Virus record (IMG/VR): IMGVR_UViG_3300034105_001128
Coordinates: 1-64,000 of that record
Source of the DNA: a virus
Length of the DNA stretch: 64,000 nucleotides
Direction: 5' to 3' (one strand)
Part shown: piece by piece, positions 1 to 8,861 of the stretch
Layout of the letters: each line of letters opens with the position of its first letter
Position numbering within the stretch: position 1 is the stretch's first letter
Notes under the pieces: model-generated
Database searches by the model: none
What the model saw: the letters and a program-made list of their open reading frames with translations, nothing else
Told to the model about the DNA's origin: nothing
Translations under genes and position numbers: made by a program

Positions 1-22
1 TCCTACAACAGAAAGGTAACAA

Positions 23-229
23 ATGATCATGTTCTACAATGGGTTCAATCTATTGATTGACATCCTTCTGGTCATCATCACATACAAGGTAGCACGCTAT
101 GTACTGATAACAAGAATCGCTGATTACTTCTATGATGAGGGACAAGATGACACCCTCGACCTGATTGACTCAGGTAAATTGTACAAGCAAGAGTGTGATG
201 GCAAAATGCTATGGACATACTCAGAGTGA
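23..229 (+). CDS. small hypothetical membrane protein
   Basis: SD GAAAGG upstream; N-terminal hydrophobic segment. Confidence 0.6.
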   Translation: MIMFYNGFNLLIDILLVIITYKVARYVLITRIADYFYDEGQDDTLDLIDSGKLYKQECDGKMLWTYSE

Positions 230-483
230 GTGTCTATGATGGCACACAGTTGTGCGCTCAAGTTGATTCCGAGCTTTTCTTCCCTGAAGATCGGAAAGAA
301 TGGAAGTCAAACATAGCACAGGCTAAAACTATCTGTGCTCAATGCCCAATGTTCAAGGCTTGTGATGTCTATGCCAAATCATTCCCCGGACTCTATGGTG
401 TGTGGGCTGGTAAATGGTATGACGGAGCAGGCTTTGTATCTCAAGCCCCGTATGTAACAACTAACAGAAAGGTAGCAGCATAG
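211..483 (+). CDS. whiB: WhiB-family Fe-S transcription factor
   Basis: Cys...ELFFP...CxxC-x5-C and GVWAG turn motif. Confidence 0.9.
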   Translation: MDILRVSVYDGTQLCAQVDSELFFPEDRKEWKSNIAQAKTICAQCPMFKACDVYAKSFPGLYGVWAGKWYDGAGFVSQAPYVTTNRKVAA

Positions 484-641
484 TGGTACTAGATAATGGA
501 ACAACACTAGCCATAATGATTGCTTTACTGGGGTCAGTAACAGTCATGTGTCTATTCTGGAGAGAAAACATCAACCAACACAAACAAATCCGCGGCCTAC
601 AGGCAGCCTTACGTGACGAACGGAGAAAGAATGCGGGATAA
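483..641 (+). CDS. 52-aa single-TM protein (not in ORF track)
   Basis: GTG start overlapping whiB stop; MVLDNGTTLAIMIALLGSVTVMCLFW...; tiles with neighbours. Confidence 0.6.
   Translation: MVLDNGTTLAIMIALLGSVTVMCLFWRENINQHKQIRGLQAALRDERRKNAG
575..586 (+). promoter_or_regulatory. CCAACACAAACA motif copy
   Basis: exact 12-mer, one of 8 exact copies within 575-11249. Confidence 0.6.
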
Positions 642-777
642 AGATGCTCTTGCTAAGTTAAATGAAGTGAAAGCAGCGCAAGAAGAGTTACGTTCAATAA
701 TTGCTCAGTTACAAATAGATGTACACACAATCAAAGCACAACAATATCTACGTGATTGGAGTATCAATGGCAAATAA
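631..777 (+). CDS. 48-aa coiled-coil hypothetical protein (not in ORF track)
   Basis: SD GGAG upstream; MRDKDALAKLNEVKAAQEELRSII...; overlaps both neighbours. Confidence 0.55.
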   Translation: MRDKDALAKLNEVKAAQEELRSIIAQLQIDVHTIKAQQYLRDWSINGK

Positions 778-997
778 AGTTAAATCAGACGAAGAACTAA
801 GAGCAGCAGGTTACATGACACCTACTGAGTTTGTAGACAGGCTTGTGCCTGGACTCAAGCAATACCTCAAGCACAACTGGGGTGTTCACCCAGATGGCTT
901 GTATCATCCCGAAGATCTATTTTCCAACGCAGAGATCTATTTAGAAGTAGCCAGACATGTTGTTGGCGACTTCGGTGTTACACCACACAAAGAATAG
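767..997 (+). CDS. hypothetical protein
   Basis: ORF 719..997; start reassigned to ATG 767 after GGAG. Confidence 0.6.
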   Translation: MANKVKSDEELRAAGYMTPTEFVDRLVPGLKQYLKHNWGVHPDGLYHPEDLFSNAEIYLEVARHVVGDFGVTPHKE

Positions 998-1033
998 TCT
1001 TATGTGAGGGAGCCTAGTCATGCGGAACTAGGC

Positions 1034-1080
1034 GGGGTGGGGTTGAGAGTTTGAGGGAGCTCTCCCCCACCCTATTTTTC
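1034..1080 (+). terminator. putative intrinsic terminator
   Basis: GGGTGGGG...CCCCACCC stem with inner GAGAG/CTCTC, followed by TATTTTT. Confidence 0.6.
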
Positions 1081-1410
1081 TATACGATGCGATAGTAACG
1101 TAACGCGTTACTATCGGATTGTATAGACAATCCAAGGAACACTACTGGACCAATGAACAGGCGAGGAATGGAGGCTGCTAAGGCTCTGAACTAGGCATCC
1201 CTATGAGAATAGGTAACCCTACTGTAAGGCTGAACCCCCGGCCGGACCCTTAACACTCGATACAACTTCGTGGGTGTATCACTGTAATGGCTATGTACAG
1301 CGACCAAAAGAAATAGGTAGTGCCAACCAAAAGACACAGAGCATGTGGTCTATAAAACATGTACCAACACAAACACGCACCACAATACACACCCGGCTGG
1401 GTGTGTATCC
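1079..1410 (+). ncRNA. candidate structured ncRNA or long 5' leader
   Basis: about 21-bp hairpin 1079-1127, CCTAT-GAGA-ATAGG 1200-1213, GATACA/TGTATC, CTGTA/TACAG, 10-bp hairpin 1385-1408. Confidence 0.4.
1364..1375 (+). promoter_or_regulatory. CCAACACAAACA motif copy
   Basis: exact 12-mer, intergenic. Confidence 0.65.
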
Positions 1411-1432
1411 ACGTACAAAAGGAGGGCCAGCA

Positions 1433-1873
1433 ATGGCTACAACTAAAGTAATCGCAACAACTTGGGCTAAGAAAGATCTAGTCGCTAAGTTAAAAGCAAC
1501 ACTCAAGCGTATGGACGCAGAGATAGTTGAGTGGGATAAAAACTACGCAACTATAGATAAGCGTCAAGAGGCTTGGGATAAGAAAGCTGAAGCATGGGCT
1601 AAAAAGAACATGTCTAAAGCAATTGACTTCGACTTCAATGCTGGAGGATACAGAGGACCCTATGTCTCTGTGTTCTTTAACGAAGCAACGTTCGAAGCAG
1701 CAATGGGTAAGCGCCCTGATCAAGGCCGTAAACCTCAATATAAAGACACTAACTATAACAACAATGTTAGTGAGTACGAACAGGTGGAAAATGCTATCGC
1801 TCTAATCGAAGGTGCAACTGATACTGAATTCAAGATCACTTCGTCTTCAACATGGGCATCATTCATCCGCTAA
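1433..1873 (+). CDS. hypothetical protein
   Basis: strong SD AAGGAGG before ATG 1433 (ORF track start 1274 unlikely). Confidence 0.75.
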   Translation: MATTKVIATTWAKKDLVAKLKATLKRMDAEIVEWDKNYATIDKRQEAWDKKAEAWAKKNMSKAIDFDFNAGGYRGPYVSVFFNEATFEAAMGKRPDQGRKPQYKDTNYNNNVSEYEQVENAIALIEGATDTEFKITSSSTWASFIR

Positions 1874-1932
1874 ACAACTTAATAACGCCTAGCGCGGTTG
1901 GTTTCTATAGTTCTTCCTGAGGTAAAAGAACT

Positions 1933-1965
1933 CCTGTCCTGAGCATGACAAGGCTAAACTGCTCA
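1933..1965 (+). ncRNA. putative H-type pseudoknot in intergenic leader
   Basis: P1 CCTGTC/GACAAGG; loop TGAGCA pairs with downstream TGCTCA. Confidence 0.45.
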
Positions 1966-1989
1966 TTACTCATACCAGAAAGGATAGCA

Positions 1990-2277
1990 ATGGAACTAGA
2001 ACCATCAGACTTAGGCAAAGATGATGACCTAAGCCAGTTTAAAACTGTACCTGAACACAAGACCAACATACTTCCATTACGTTGGTTTGCTAACGCATGT
2101 AACCACATGTCTTCGCCTGTTCTATACAGGGCACTATGGCATGAAGACTCTGATGAATACTACTATGGAGAAATATCCAGAGTGGGTCGCATGTGGTGGA
2201 AGTTGTACAACTTAATAGACGCACCCTATCGTAAGTGGGGCACAAGTTATCGTATGATCTTTGACGATAATGACTGA
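1990..2277 (+). CDS. hypothetical protein
   Basis: SD AAAGGA before ATG 1990. Confidence 0.65.
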   Translation: MELEPSDLGKDDDLSQFKTVPEHKTNILPLRWFANACNHMSSPVLYRALWHEDSDEYYYGEISRVGRMWWKLYNLIDAPYRKWGTSYRMIFDDND

Positions 2278-2512
2278 GCTAGTAGGTAAATACGTACAGA
2301 CTCCAGACGGAGTTCAGTATGTATGGCAAGAACAAGAAGTACCTTCCCCAACGTTTGACAACACGACAAGTAAACTACTATTCTTAATAGAAGCAGTGCT
2401 ATTTCATGGCTGCACCCGCAAAGAAGCATTGATGCTATGGGATGATGGCATCGATACGCTGTATGACAGCGTCTCAACACAAACAAACCAAGCCGAAAGG
2501 ATGGACAAGTAA
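2270..2512 (+). CDS. hypothetical protein
   Basis: tiles between neighbours; start chosen at MTELVG. Confidence 0.5.
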   Translation: MTELVGKYVQTPDGVQYVWQEQEVPSPTFDNTTSKLLFLIEAVLFHGCTRKEALMLWDDGIDTLYDSVSTQTNQAERMDK

Positions 2513-2788
2513 ATGGCTACAAAATCAAAAGGTAATCGTAATGATAACCGACCAAATGGCAAGGCCGCCAAGAAGAATCCAGGCCCTGCTCAACCACCAA
2601 AGACTAACTTCGAACATATTAATGGACGAAGCCCTGCCAATGATGCCAAGCGTGAGGCTTGGAAGAAAGCAGGTGGTCGTTGGAATCACAAATCAATTCC
2701 ACATTGGAAGACTGGCAAAGTGTACCAACCATCAATCATCGCACCAGCATTTGATCCTGAGAAATTACAGGAACTATTAAATGCGTAA
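2513..2788 (+). CDS. basic hypothetical protein
   Basis: abuts previous stop; Lys/Asn/Pro-rich. Confidence 0.6.
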   Translation: MATKSKGNRNDNRPNGKAAKKNPGPAQPPKTNFEHINGRSPANDAKREAWKKAGGRWNHKSIPHWKTGKVYQPSIIAPAFDPEKLQELLNA

Positions 2789-3095
2789 GAAAAAAGTTAT
2801 CGCTGCTATTGAGCAGCAGATACTAGAAGAACATGCTGAACTACATGGCATTGAACAACAAAATGCCCGCGCATATTACAGTGGGATGATGGATGGCTTA
2901 GGCTTTGCGCTTAAGATGTTAAAGCCAACATCCTCTGTAATATCTCTCACAACTGTATGGTATACAGATGATGAGCCAACACAAACACTCGAACGGGACC
3001 GCGAACGTGTCATCGAGCTTCAATTTGTTGACATGGAGGACCCAGAGCCTGTAATCTGTTACGCAGGCTTATTTGAAACATCGGAGGCAGAATGA
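2781..3095 (+). CDS. hypothetical protein
   Basis: overlapping tiling with SD AGGA. Confidence 0.6.
   Translation: MRKKKVIAAIEQQILEEHAELHGIEQQNARAYYSGMMDGLGFALKMLKPTSSVISLTTVWYTDDEPTQTLERDRERVIELQFVDMEDPEPVICYAGLFETSEAE
2976..2987 (+). promoter_or_regulatory. CCAACACAAACA motif copy
   Basis: exact 12-mer inside CDS. Confidence 0.55.
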
Positions 3096-3829
3096 CATCC
3101 CGTATGTTCACATACGCTGAATGGGAAGCCTATTTAGCCAGTGGACGCAAAAAATACGAACGCACATTGTATGACCGTGAGTTACGTATACAACACGCCA
3201 ATAAATTCAAACGTGGCGGTGATATTCAAATAGTAATACCTTGGTTAAATCGTTTTCCACTTATTACTATTCATCCTGATGACACCATGACCTTAAATGG
3301 TGAGCAGGCAACCTCAATGTGGGGTCACCCATACAATCCATTAAAAGCACAAAGCACACGCTACACCTTGTGGAAATACTGCGGTATAGAAGTTGTTCAA
3401 CGCCAGTTCAAGTTTAGATTATTTGAACAAGACGCTGCATTGACTCCACCAAAAATACAAGGTTGTCGTACGTGTAAAAAAACTGGGCGTGTTGATGGGT
3501 GGTGTAATGGCAATACTTGTTGGGATGTAAATACAAATACAGGCATATGCCCTAAGCATCCTGATACAGCACTATCAGATGTGGAGAAACAACGAGGTAG
3601 ACACGCTATGTTGTGTGAACATAACGAGTTGTTAAGCCACAAAGTACCACGCGGATACGAATGCTACTCATGTAGTGGCACAGGCAAGCGTGACTATGGT
3701 AGCAAACGAGTTTCTTTACTTTGGGACGGTTCCCCAATCAAAGTAAAGGATAGAAAGATATACAAACAACCACTAACTGATCTAGAAAGGATCGTGGCTA
3801 GCTATGCTGGACCTACACCTACAGTATGA
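3092..3829 (+). CDS. hypothetical protein with DnaJ-like CxxCxxTG zinc-finger motifs
   Basis: CRTCKKTG and CYSCSGTG; SD GGAGG; ATGA overlap. Confidence 0.7.
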   Translation: MTSRMFTYAEWEAYLASGRKKYERTLYDRELRIQHANKFKRGGDIQIVIPWLNRFPLITIHPDDTMTLNGEQATSMWGHPYNPLKAQSTRYTLWKYCGIEVVQRQFKFRLFEQDAALTPPKIQGCRTCKKTGRVDGWCNGNTCWDVNTNTGICPKHPDTALSDVEKQRGRHAMLCEHNELLSHKVPRGYECYSCSGTGKRDYGSKRVSLLWDGSPIKVKDRKIYKQPLTDLERIVASYAGPTPTV

Positions 3830-4319
3830 TCCAAACATCTCGCTCCGTAATCATATGACTCATGGTTTACCAGACCATAAGATTACAGGCGATATGTTAG
3901 CGGGGGGTTTGATGCCCACCACACTCATCGAGATAACTGAAAAGTCAGAGACTTTTCGTGATGCTGTGATTCATCACATGCTCACCGATGGGAGAATCAA
4001 TCAACCACAACAACAGCAAGCAATTGAATTGTTTGCTGCTGCCGTGTCAACTTGTCCCGATGACAATGAAACAATGCTACGTATTTATAGTGAATACTTA
4101 GCTGCACTTTCATACGCATGGGGAGAGACCGAAGTTGCAAAACGTGCGGTCTTACGCAACAAACCAGAAAAGGCGGGTAGATTTTTATCCACCGTGGCTA
4201 CCGCTTTAGATAAGCAGATGGACCACGAGGGTTTTAATACCTTGCTACATAACACAACATCATCAGCACCACACAGGTGGGAAATGCTAGAGTCCCCACA
4301 ACTATATCCAACAGTCTAA
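3804..4319 (+). CDS. DUF4192-like helical protein
   Basis: FRDA...AALSYAWGETEVAK pattern resembles the DUF4192 C-terminus; similar to 9313..9795. Confidence 0.45.
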   Translation: MLDLHLQYDPNISLRNHMTHGLPDHKITGDMLAGGLMPTTLIEITEKSETFRDAVIHHMLTDGRINQPQQQQAIELFAAAVSTCPDDNETMLRIYSEYLAALSYAWGETEVAKRAVLRNKPEKAGRFLSTVATALDKQMDHEGFNTLLHNTTSSAPHRWEMLESPQLYPTV

Positions 4320-4331
4320 CCAACACAAACA
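4320..4331 (+). promoter_or_regulatory. CCAACACAAACA motif copy
   Basis: exact 12-mer between stop codon and next SD. Confidence 0.65.
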
Positions 4332-4341
4332 AAGGAACCAC

Positions 4342-4662
4342 ATGTCAAAAAGTTGGACAAACGAAGGGCCTGATACTGAATCTTGGTTAAACAGTATCAC
4401 TACCGAAAAAGAAACCGTAGCTGATTTACTCAGTTGCGGTAACTGTGGTCGCCGTATACAACCAAGTCAAAAAAGCTTGGATGTGTACAACACACGGTAC
4501 AAAAGCTACGAACACTATCACGAAAGCTACGTAGGTTGTTATGAATCTACGCGGCCCAGCGGTAAGGTTCGCCTTGCGCACCGCTATAAGCCCTGGATGC
4601 AAAACGTATTAAGTGACGTTTATACTCCAGAGCCTACACACTGGACTAACTTAGATCAGTAA
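4342..4662 (+). CDS. hypothetical protein with CxxC
   Basis: SD AAGGA; CGNC motif. Confidence 0.65.
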   Translation: MSKSWTNEGPDTESWLNSITTEKETVADLLSCGNCGRRIQPSQKSLDVYNTRYKSYEHYHESYVGCYESTRPSGKVRLAHRYKPWMQNVLSDVYTPEPTHWTNLDQ

Positions 4663-4667
4663 TAAAG

Positions 4668-4886
4668 CGGGATGACTGTTGCGTCAGAAAACTTTATTTC
4701 ACTGATAAGTTAGTCCCCTAGTCTGGTTGGCTAAGCCAACCTCAAGCATACTTAACAGGTCTATACCAGAATAATTTAGACGCTCACGCGCTAGTAGTAC
4801 GAAGTAACTAGATGTATGGGAGATGAGAAGACAACGTGACGACCAGTTCAGTCCCTGTATGCAACGGGGGTAAGCCAACCAGACTA
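4668..4886 (+). ncRNA. candidate structured ncRNA / conformational switch
   Basis: 14-bp long-range stem 4719-4732/4873-4886 enclosing several hairpins; no ORF. Confidence 0.45.
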
Positions 4887-4907
4887 CTTAAATAGATTGG
4901 AGAGCAC

Positions 4908-5147
4908 ATGTGTTATGAATGTGATGATGACGACTCAATGCCAGACGAAGAGTTTAGTATCAACATGATTCCTGAAGAGGAACGTGAAGAGTTCTTAGAC
5001 TATGCTGTTGAGAAGTTCCATAAAGTTATAGAAAAAGCAGTACAGAATGACATCCTGTTTAATCTAATAACAGAATGGCCTGAACATAAGCAGGCCATGT
5101 TTACTTTCGCCACCATTATGGAAGATAAGCTTCTGGGTGACGATTAA
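4908..5147 (+). CDS. acidic hypothetical protein
   Basis: SD GGAG; MCYECDDDD N-terminus. Confidence 0.65.
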   Translation: MCYECDDDDSMPDEEFSINMIPEEEREEFLDYAVEKFHKVIEKAVQNDILFNLITEWPEHKQAMFTFATIMEDKLLGDD

Positions 5148-5202
5148 TTTTCCTTACACAACGTAAGGGAACGATACCAATACCAGAGAAGGGGTATGAT
5201 AT

Positions 5203-6609
5203 ATGGATATCGCAATGTTCACTGAATCGTACGAACCAAACATGGGTAACAAGCGACGTCAAGTCCTTGTTGTTCCACATGATGGGGCTGTGCGTATCTA
5301 TTCTCGCTTGACTGATGGCACTAAAGGCCACAACAGCAAGTGGGAAGAGACTAACCTAGAAGATATCTCACAAGAGATATCAGACAAAGAAACATTGACA
5401 CGAACACCTGTTGGAGTGTATGTAACTCCAGCAGATAATCGTGCGATGGATTCAAAAGGTTATTCACCAGTGTTGGGTACCAAAGCATGCGACAAGCATG
5501 GTAGGGCAATGACAACAACAGATACCACACCAGTTGTAGATATCATCTGTGATTTCTACGAACAAGTCAATGTCGGAGACGACAGTCTGGAGAAATACGT
5601 GACGGATAACCGCTCAAGTACAGGCACTACAGTTCCTTTAGTAGTTGCTGTACCAACACAAACAATGGATGATCTAGTACCAGCACAATCGGCACCATCA
5701 TTCAATGTATCGTTAGCAACAGTTCCTCCAATGAAGTTGGCGGAACGTTATGTGCACCGTAAAGTATACGGTGTTGAAGACTTCAAAGCCTTTGACAAAG
5801 CACGATCTAACGGTATCAACGTTCTTATCTATGGCCCTACAGGTCCAGGTAAGACAACAGCTGTAGAAGCGTGGGCAGCAGCCCGCGGTCTACGTATGGC
5901 TACAGTATCAGGTAACGCATCTATGGAGTCTCGCCAGCTATTCGGTGGCTTCATTCCTGATGGCATCGGAGGTTATGGTTGGATCGATGGTCCAGTAACT
6001 GATGTTGTACGTAACGGTGGCGTCTTATTGCTCGATGAGATGAACTTCATCAGCCCTAAGATTTACACTACATTGTATCCGCTAACAGATGGTCGTCGAT
6101 GCATTACATTGCTCGATCACATGGGTGAAACAATCGTGGCACACAAAGACTTAACAATCTTTGCAACCATGAACCCAGACTACATCGGTACAACACCGCT
6201 TAACTTCGCTATGCGCAATCGTTTCGACATTCAATTGTCGTGGGATTACGATGACGCAGTAGAGGCTAAGCTAGTTTCATCTAAGGCTCTCTTGCTAGTA
6301 ACTAAGCAACTTCGTGCTGAAGCTGCTAAGGGTCAGTACGAGACACCAATCTCAACTAACATGCTCATCGAAGTTGAAGCGTTCATTAAGGATGCTGATC
6401 TTGGCTACGAGTTTGCGGTTGAGAACTTCATTGCTCACTTCAGTGCGGAGGAGCAAGCATCTGTTCGTCTAGTCTTCCAGACACACGAACACAACATCAA
6501 GACAGACTTCGGCATCGAAGTTCCAATAACAATGGAACAAGCTGCTACAGTAACTATTGATGAACAACTATCCCAATGGGTAGCAGCACGTCAACTACAA
6601 CCGAACTAA
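5203..6609 (+). CDS. MoxR-type AAA+ ATPase (CbbQ/NorQ/CobS-like)
   Basis: Walker A GPTGPGKT, Walker B LLLDE, sensor ATMNP, Arg finger AMRNRF. Confidence 0.9.
   Translation: MDIAMFTESYEPNMGNKRRQVLVVPHDGAVRIYSRLTDGTKGHNSKWEETNLEDISQEISDKETLTRTPVGVYVTPADNRAMDSKGYSPVLGTKACDKHGRAMTTTDTTPVVDIICDFYEQVNVGDDSLEKYVTDNRSSTGTTVPLVVAVPTQTMDDLVPAQSAPSFNVSLATVPPMKLAERYVHRKVYGVEDFKAFDKARSNGINVLIYGPTGPGKTTAVEAWAAARGLRMATVSGNASMESRQLFGGFIPDGIGGYGWIDGPVTDVVRNGGVLLLDEMNFISPKIYTTLYPLTDGRRCITLLDHMGETIVAHKDLTIFATMNPDYIGTTPLNFAMRNRFDIQLSWDYDDAVEAKLVSSKALLLVTKQLRAEAAKGQYETPISTNMLIEVEAFIKDADLGYEFAVENFIAHFSAEEQASVRLVFQTHEHNIKTDFGIEVPITMEQAATVTIDEQLSQWVAARQLQPN
5653..5664 (+). promoter_or_regulatory. CCAACACAAACA motif copy
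   Basis: exact 12-mer in the linker-coding part of the AAA gene. Confidence 0.55.
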
Positions 6610-6621
6610 GTTAGGAACCAT

Positions 6622-8496
6622 ATGTATAACGATGATTTATCATCCGAACCGTGGTACCAACAAGAACGTGATGAGGAATCTCAATTACGTTCTGTTAGGC
6701 TGAATGCTCTGTGCCGTGTGTACGAGCAAGCAGACCGTGTTCTAAGTGGTGACCCTGTGATTGTGAATGTTGTTACCGGAGGAAGCGCACCAGCGTGGTC
6801 CGATGGAGCATCTATCACATTCAATGCAGACGAGATCAATGACCTTGACTTGGAAGCATTGACACAGATCAACGGCCTGAACTATCACGAGTTGGCTCAC
6901 CATCTCTATACACCACGTCGTGGAACAACATTCATGAAGTGGGTTATGGAGAATCAATACTTAGAGGCTGCAAATATACTAGAGGATCAGCGTATCGAGA
7001 CTCTACTTACAGCACGCTATCCAAGTATCATTCCGTATCTAACAGCCACAGTTGCTAGGTGGCTAGGCAACACACCCGAGCATGCTATAGGTAACTATAT
7101 GCTGGTGCGTGGCCGTAGGTATCTTCCATTGGAAATCAGACAATCATTCAGAGATTTGTTTGCTTTCCCTGATTTACTACCAGCCATCGTAGATATTGTA
7201 GATCAGTATCGTACGCTGGCATTCCCACGTGACTATGAGAAAGCACAGAAACTCATCAAGCGGTTCAATGATGAGGTCTTAGGTAATCTTGACATGCCAC
7301 AACTACCACAAGGTATGAATGGCTGTACGTCACGTGATCCCATTACTAAAGGTCGTCCCGAACCTGGTAGAGCACAGGAGAAAGACGCAGCTAAAGGTTG
7401 CAACATGGGTACAGCTGAACCAATAGGTGGTGGTCGTAAGCCAAACCTTAAGCCCAACACAAACCCAACCGAAGGACAAAGCACGGCTGCGGTAAGTGCA
7501 CCGCAAACATCTAGTGAAGCACTTGACATGCGTGCTAGGAACCAGGAACAAAAACAACCTGGTAACTTATCAGCAGGCTCAGGTCATCACGAAAGTGTTG
7601 GCGGCATACCAGACAACGTCAAGGAAATGCTTGAGGATACCATCCAGACAGTGTTAGAACGTAAAGACGTTCAACAGGATGTTAAGACGAAGCAGAAAGT
7701 AATTGTCGGTGGTGATGGTAAGCATGATGACACAATCAAGTCAGGTAAGTTCGATATGACATCTGTTCCTAATGAATCAGTGTTGTTATATCGTAAATTT
7801 GCCCGTGAACTTGAGCGTCTTCGTGATGAATGCGAACCCGCATGGCATCGTGAGGAAGCTAGTGGTCGCCTAAACATGCAGCGTGTGTTTAGAGGCTGCG
7901 AGATTGATGAGGCCTTTGACCGTTGGGATGAAGGCAATGATGGTGCCGATGTAGAAGCGGTAATCATGATTGATCGTTCTGGCAGTATGGCTAGTGGTCA
8001 GAATGATCGCAGAGCATCTGAAGCATGTTGGACAATCAAGCGTGCACTTGAGCAAATTGGTGCGCCAGTCACAGTCTATGCCTTTGATGATAAGGCTGAG
8101 GTTGCGTACAAGCGTACAGAGCTAGCTCACCGTACACAATACAAGTTCATCTACGGCAATGGTGGTACTAATCCATATACCACCCTACTTGCTGCAGAGC
8201 AACTATTCATATCGTCACGACGCAAAAACAAAATGCTATTCATAGTTACTGACGGTGCGTTTGACGCATCCAAGAACGATGAAGTCATTGAGCGTATTGC
8301 TAAGCGTGGCGTACTCACAGCCATGACACTAATCATGGCTAATGATGATGCTCAGTACTACGAAGATCGTGGTATGACCGAGAAAGAATTCAGACATGGT
8401 GCTGAGATCTTTGGTCGCATCAACAATGCACGAGACCTATTGCCATTTGCCAAGGCAGTAGTAATGGGGGCAATCAAAAAGCGTGGCGGCCGTTAA
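6622..8496 (+). CDS. VWA-domain partner of MoxR (CobT/NorD-like) with N-terminal HExxH domain
   Basis: MIDAS DRSGSM, GGT, VTDG; HELAH and LEDQRIE near N-terminus. Confidence 0.88.
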   Translation: MYNDDLSSEPWYQQERDEESQLRSVRLNALCRVYEQADRVLSGDPVIVNVVTGGSAPAWSDGASITFNADEINDLDLEALTQINGLNYHELAHHLYTPRRGTTFMKWVMENQYLEAANILEDQRIETLLTARYPSIIPYLTATVARWLGNTPEHAIGNYMLVRGRRYLPLEIRQSFRDLFAFPDLLPAIVDIVDQYRTLAFPRDYEKAQKLIKRFNDEVLGNLDMPQLPQGMNGCTSRDPITKGRPEPGRAQEKDAAKGCNMGTAEPIGGGRKPNLKPNTNPTEGQSTAAVSAPQTSSEALDMRARNQEQKQPGNLSAGSGHHESVGGIPDNVKEMLEDTIQTVLERKDVQQDVKTKQKVIVGGDGKHDDTIKSGKFDMTSVPNESVLLYRKFARELERLRDECEPAWHREEASGRLNMQRVFRGCEIDEAFDRWDEGNDGADVEAVIMIDRSGSMASGQNDRRASEACWTIKRALEQIGAPVTVYAFDDKAEVAYKRTELAHRTQYKFIYGNGGTNPYTTLLAAEQLFISSRRKNKMLFIVTDGAFDASKNDEVIERIAKRGVLTAMTLIMANDDAQYYEDRGMTEKEFRHGAEIFGRINNARDLLPFAKAVVMGAIKKRGGR

Positions 8497-8497
8497 T

Positions 8498-8509
8498 CCA
8501 ACACAAACA
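8498..8509 (+). promoter_or_regulatory. CCAACACAAACA motif copy
   Basis: exact 12-mer between stop codon and next SD. Confidence 0.65.
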
Positions 8510-8520
8510 AGGGAGCAAAC

Positions 8521-8712
8521 ATGTACACAATATGGGATAGCCTAAACGAGGAGAACATCGAAATCTTTAATGATTACGACTCTGCTCAAATGTTCTTGTT
8601 ACACATCTCTGATGAGATACCTGATGGTGGTGCAAACCTAACCATTGAGCCTATCTCTACAGCACAGGAGTGGGCACAGAATAACTGCATCGTACTATCG
8701 GCGTTAGTATGA
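8521..8712 (+). CDS. small acidic hypothetical protein
   Basis: SD GGGAG. Confidence 0.6.
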   Translation: MYTIWDSLNEENIEIFNDYDSAQMFLLHISDEIPDGGANLTIEPISTAQEWAQNNCIVLSALV

Positions 8713-8861
8713 GTTTACGAGAAGATCGTCCTGACATATGGATGAGCGAAATGCTTAAACAACGTGAGGAAGAACGATACTCAGCAAACAAAGAAATAGT
8801 TAGGTCTTTACTAATCAAATATGAGGCTGAAGACCTAGTACCAATGCTATTGGAGGACTAA
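8709..8861 (+). CDS. 50-aa hypothetical protein (not in ORF track)
   Basis: ATGA overlap upstream, TAATG overlap downstream. Confidence 0.55.
   Translation: MSLREDRPDIWMSEMLKQREEERYSANKEIVRSLLIKYEAEDLVPMLLED

Noticed and set aside
1274-1432. N-terminal extension of ORF 1274..1873
   Set aside because: No SD at 1274; a strong SD precedes ATG 1433 and the extension overlaps hairpins.
4686-4712. Hammerhead-like CTGAT-A and GAAA elements
   Set aside because: The core reads CTGATAA rather than CTGANGA and I could not build the three required stems.
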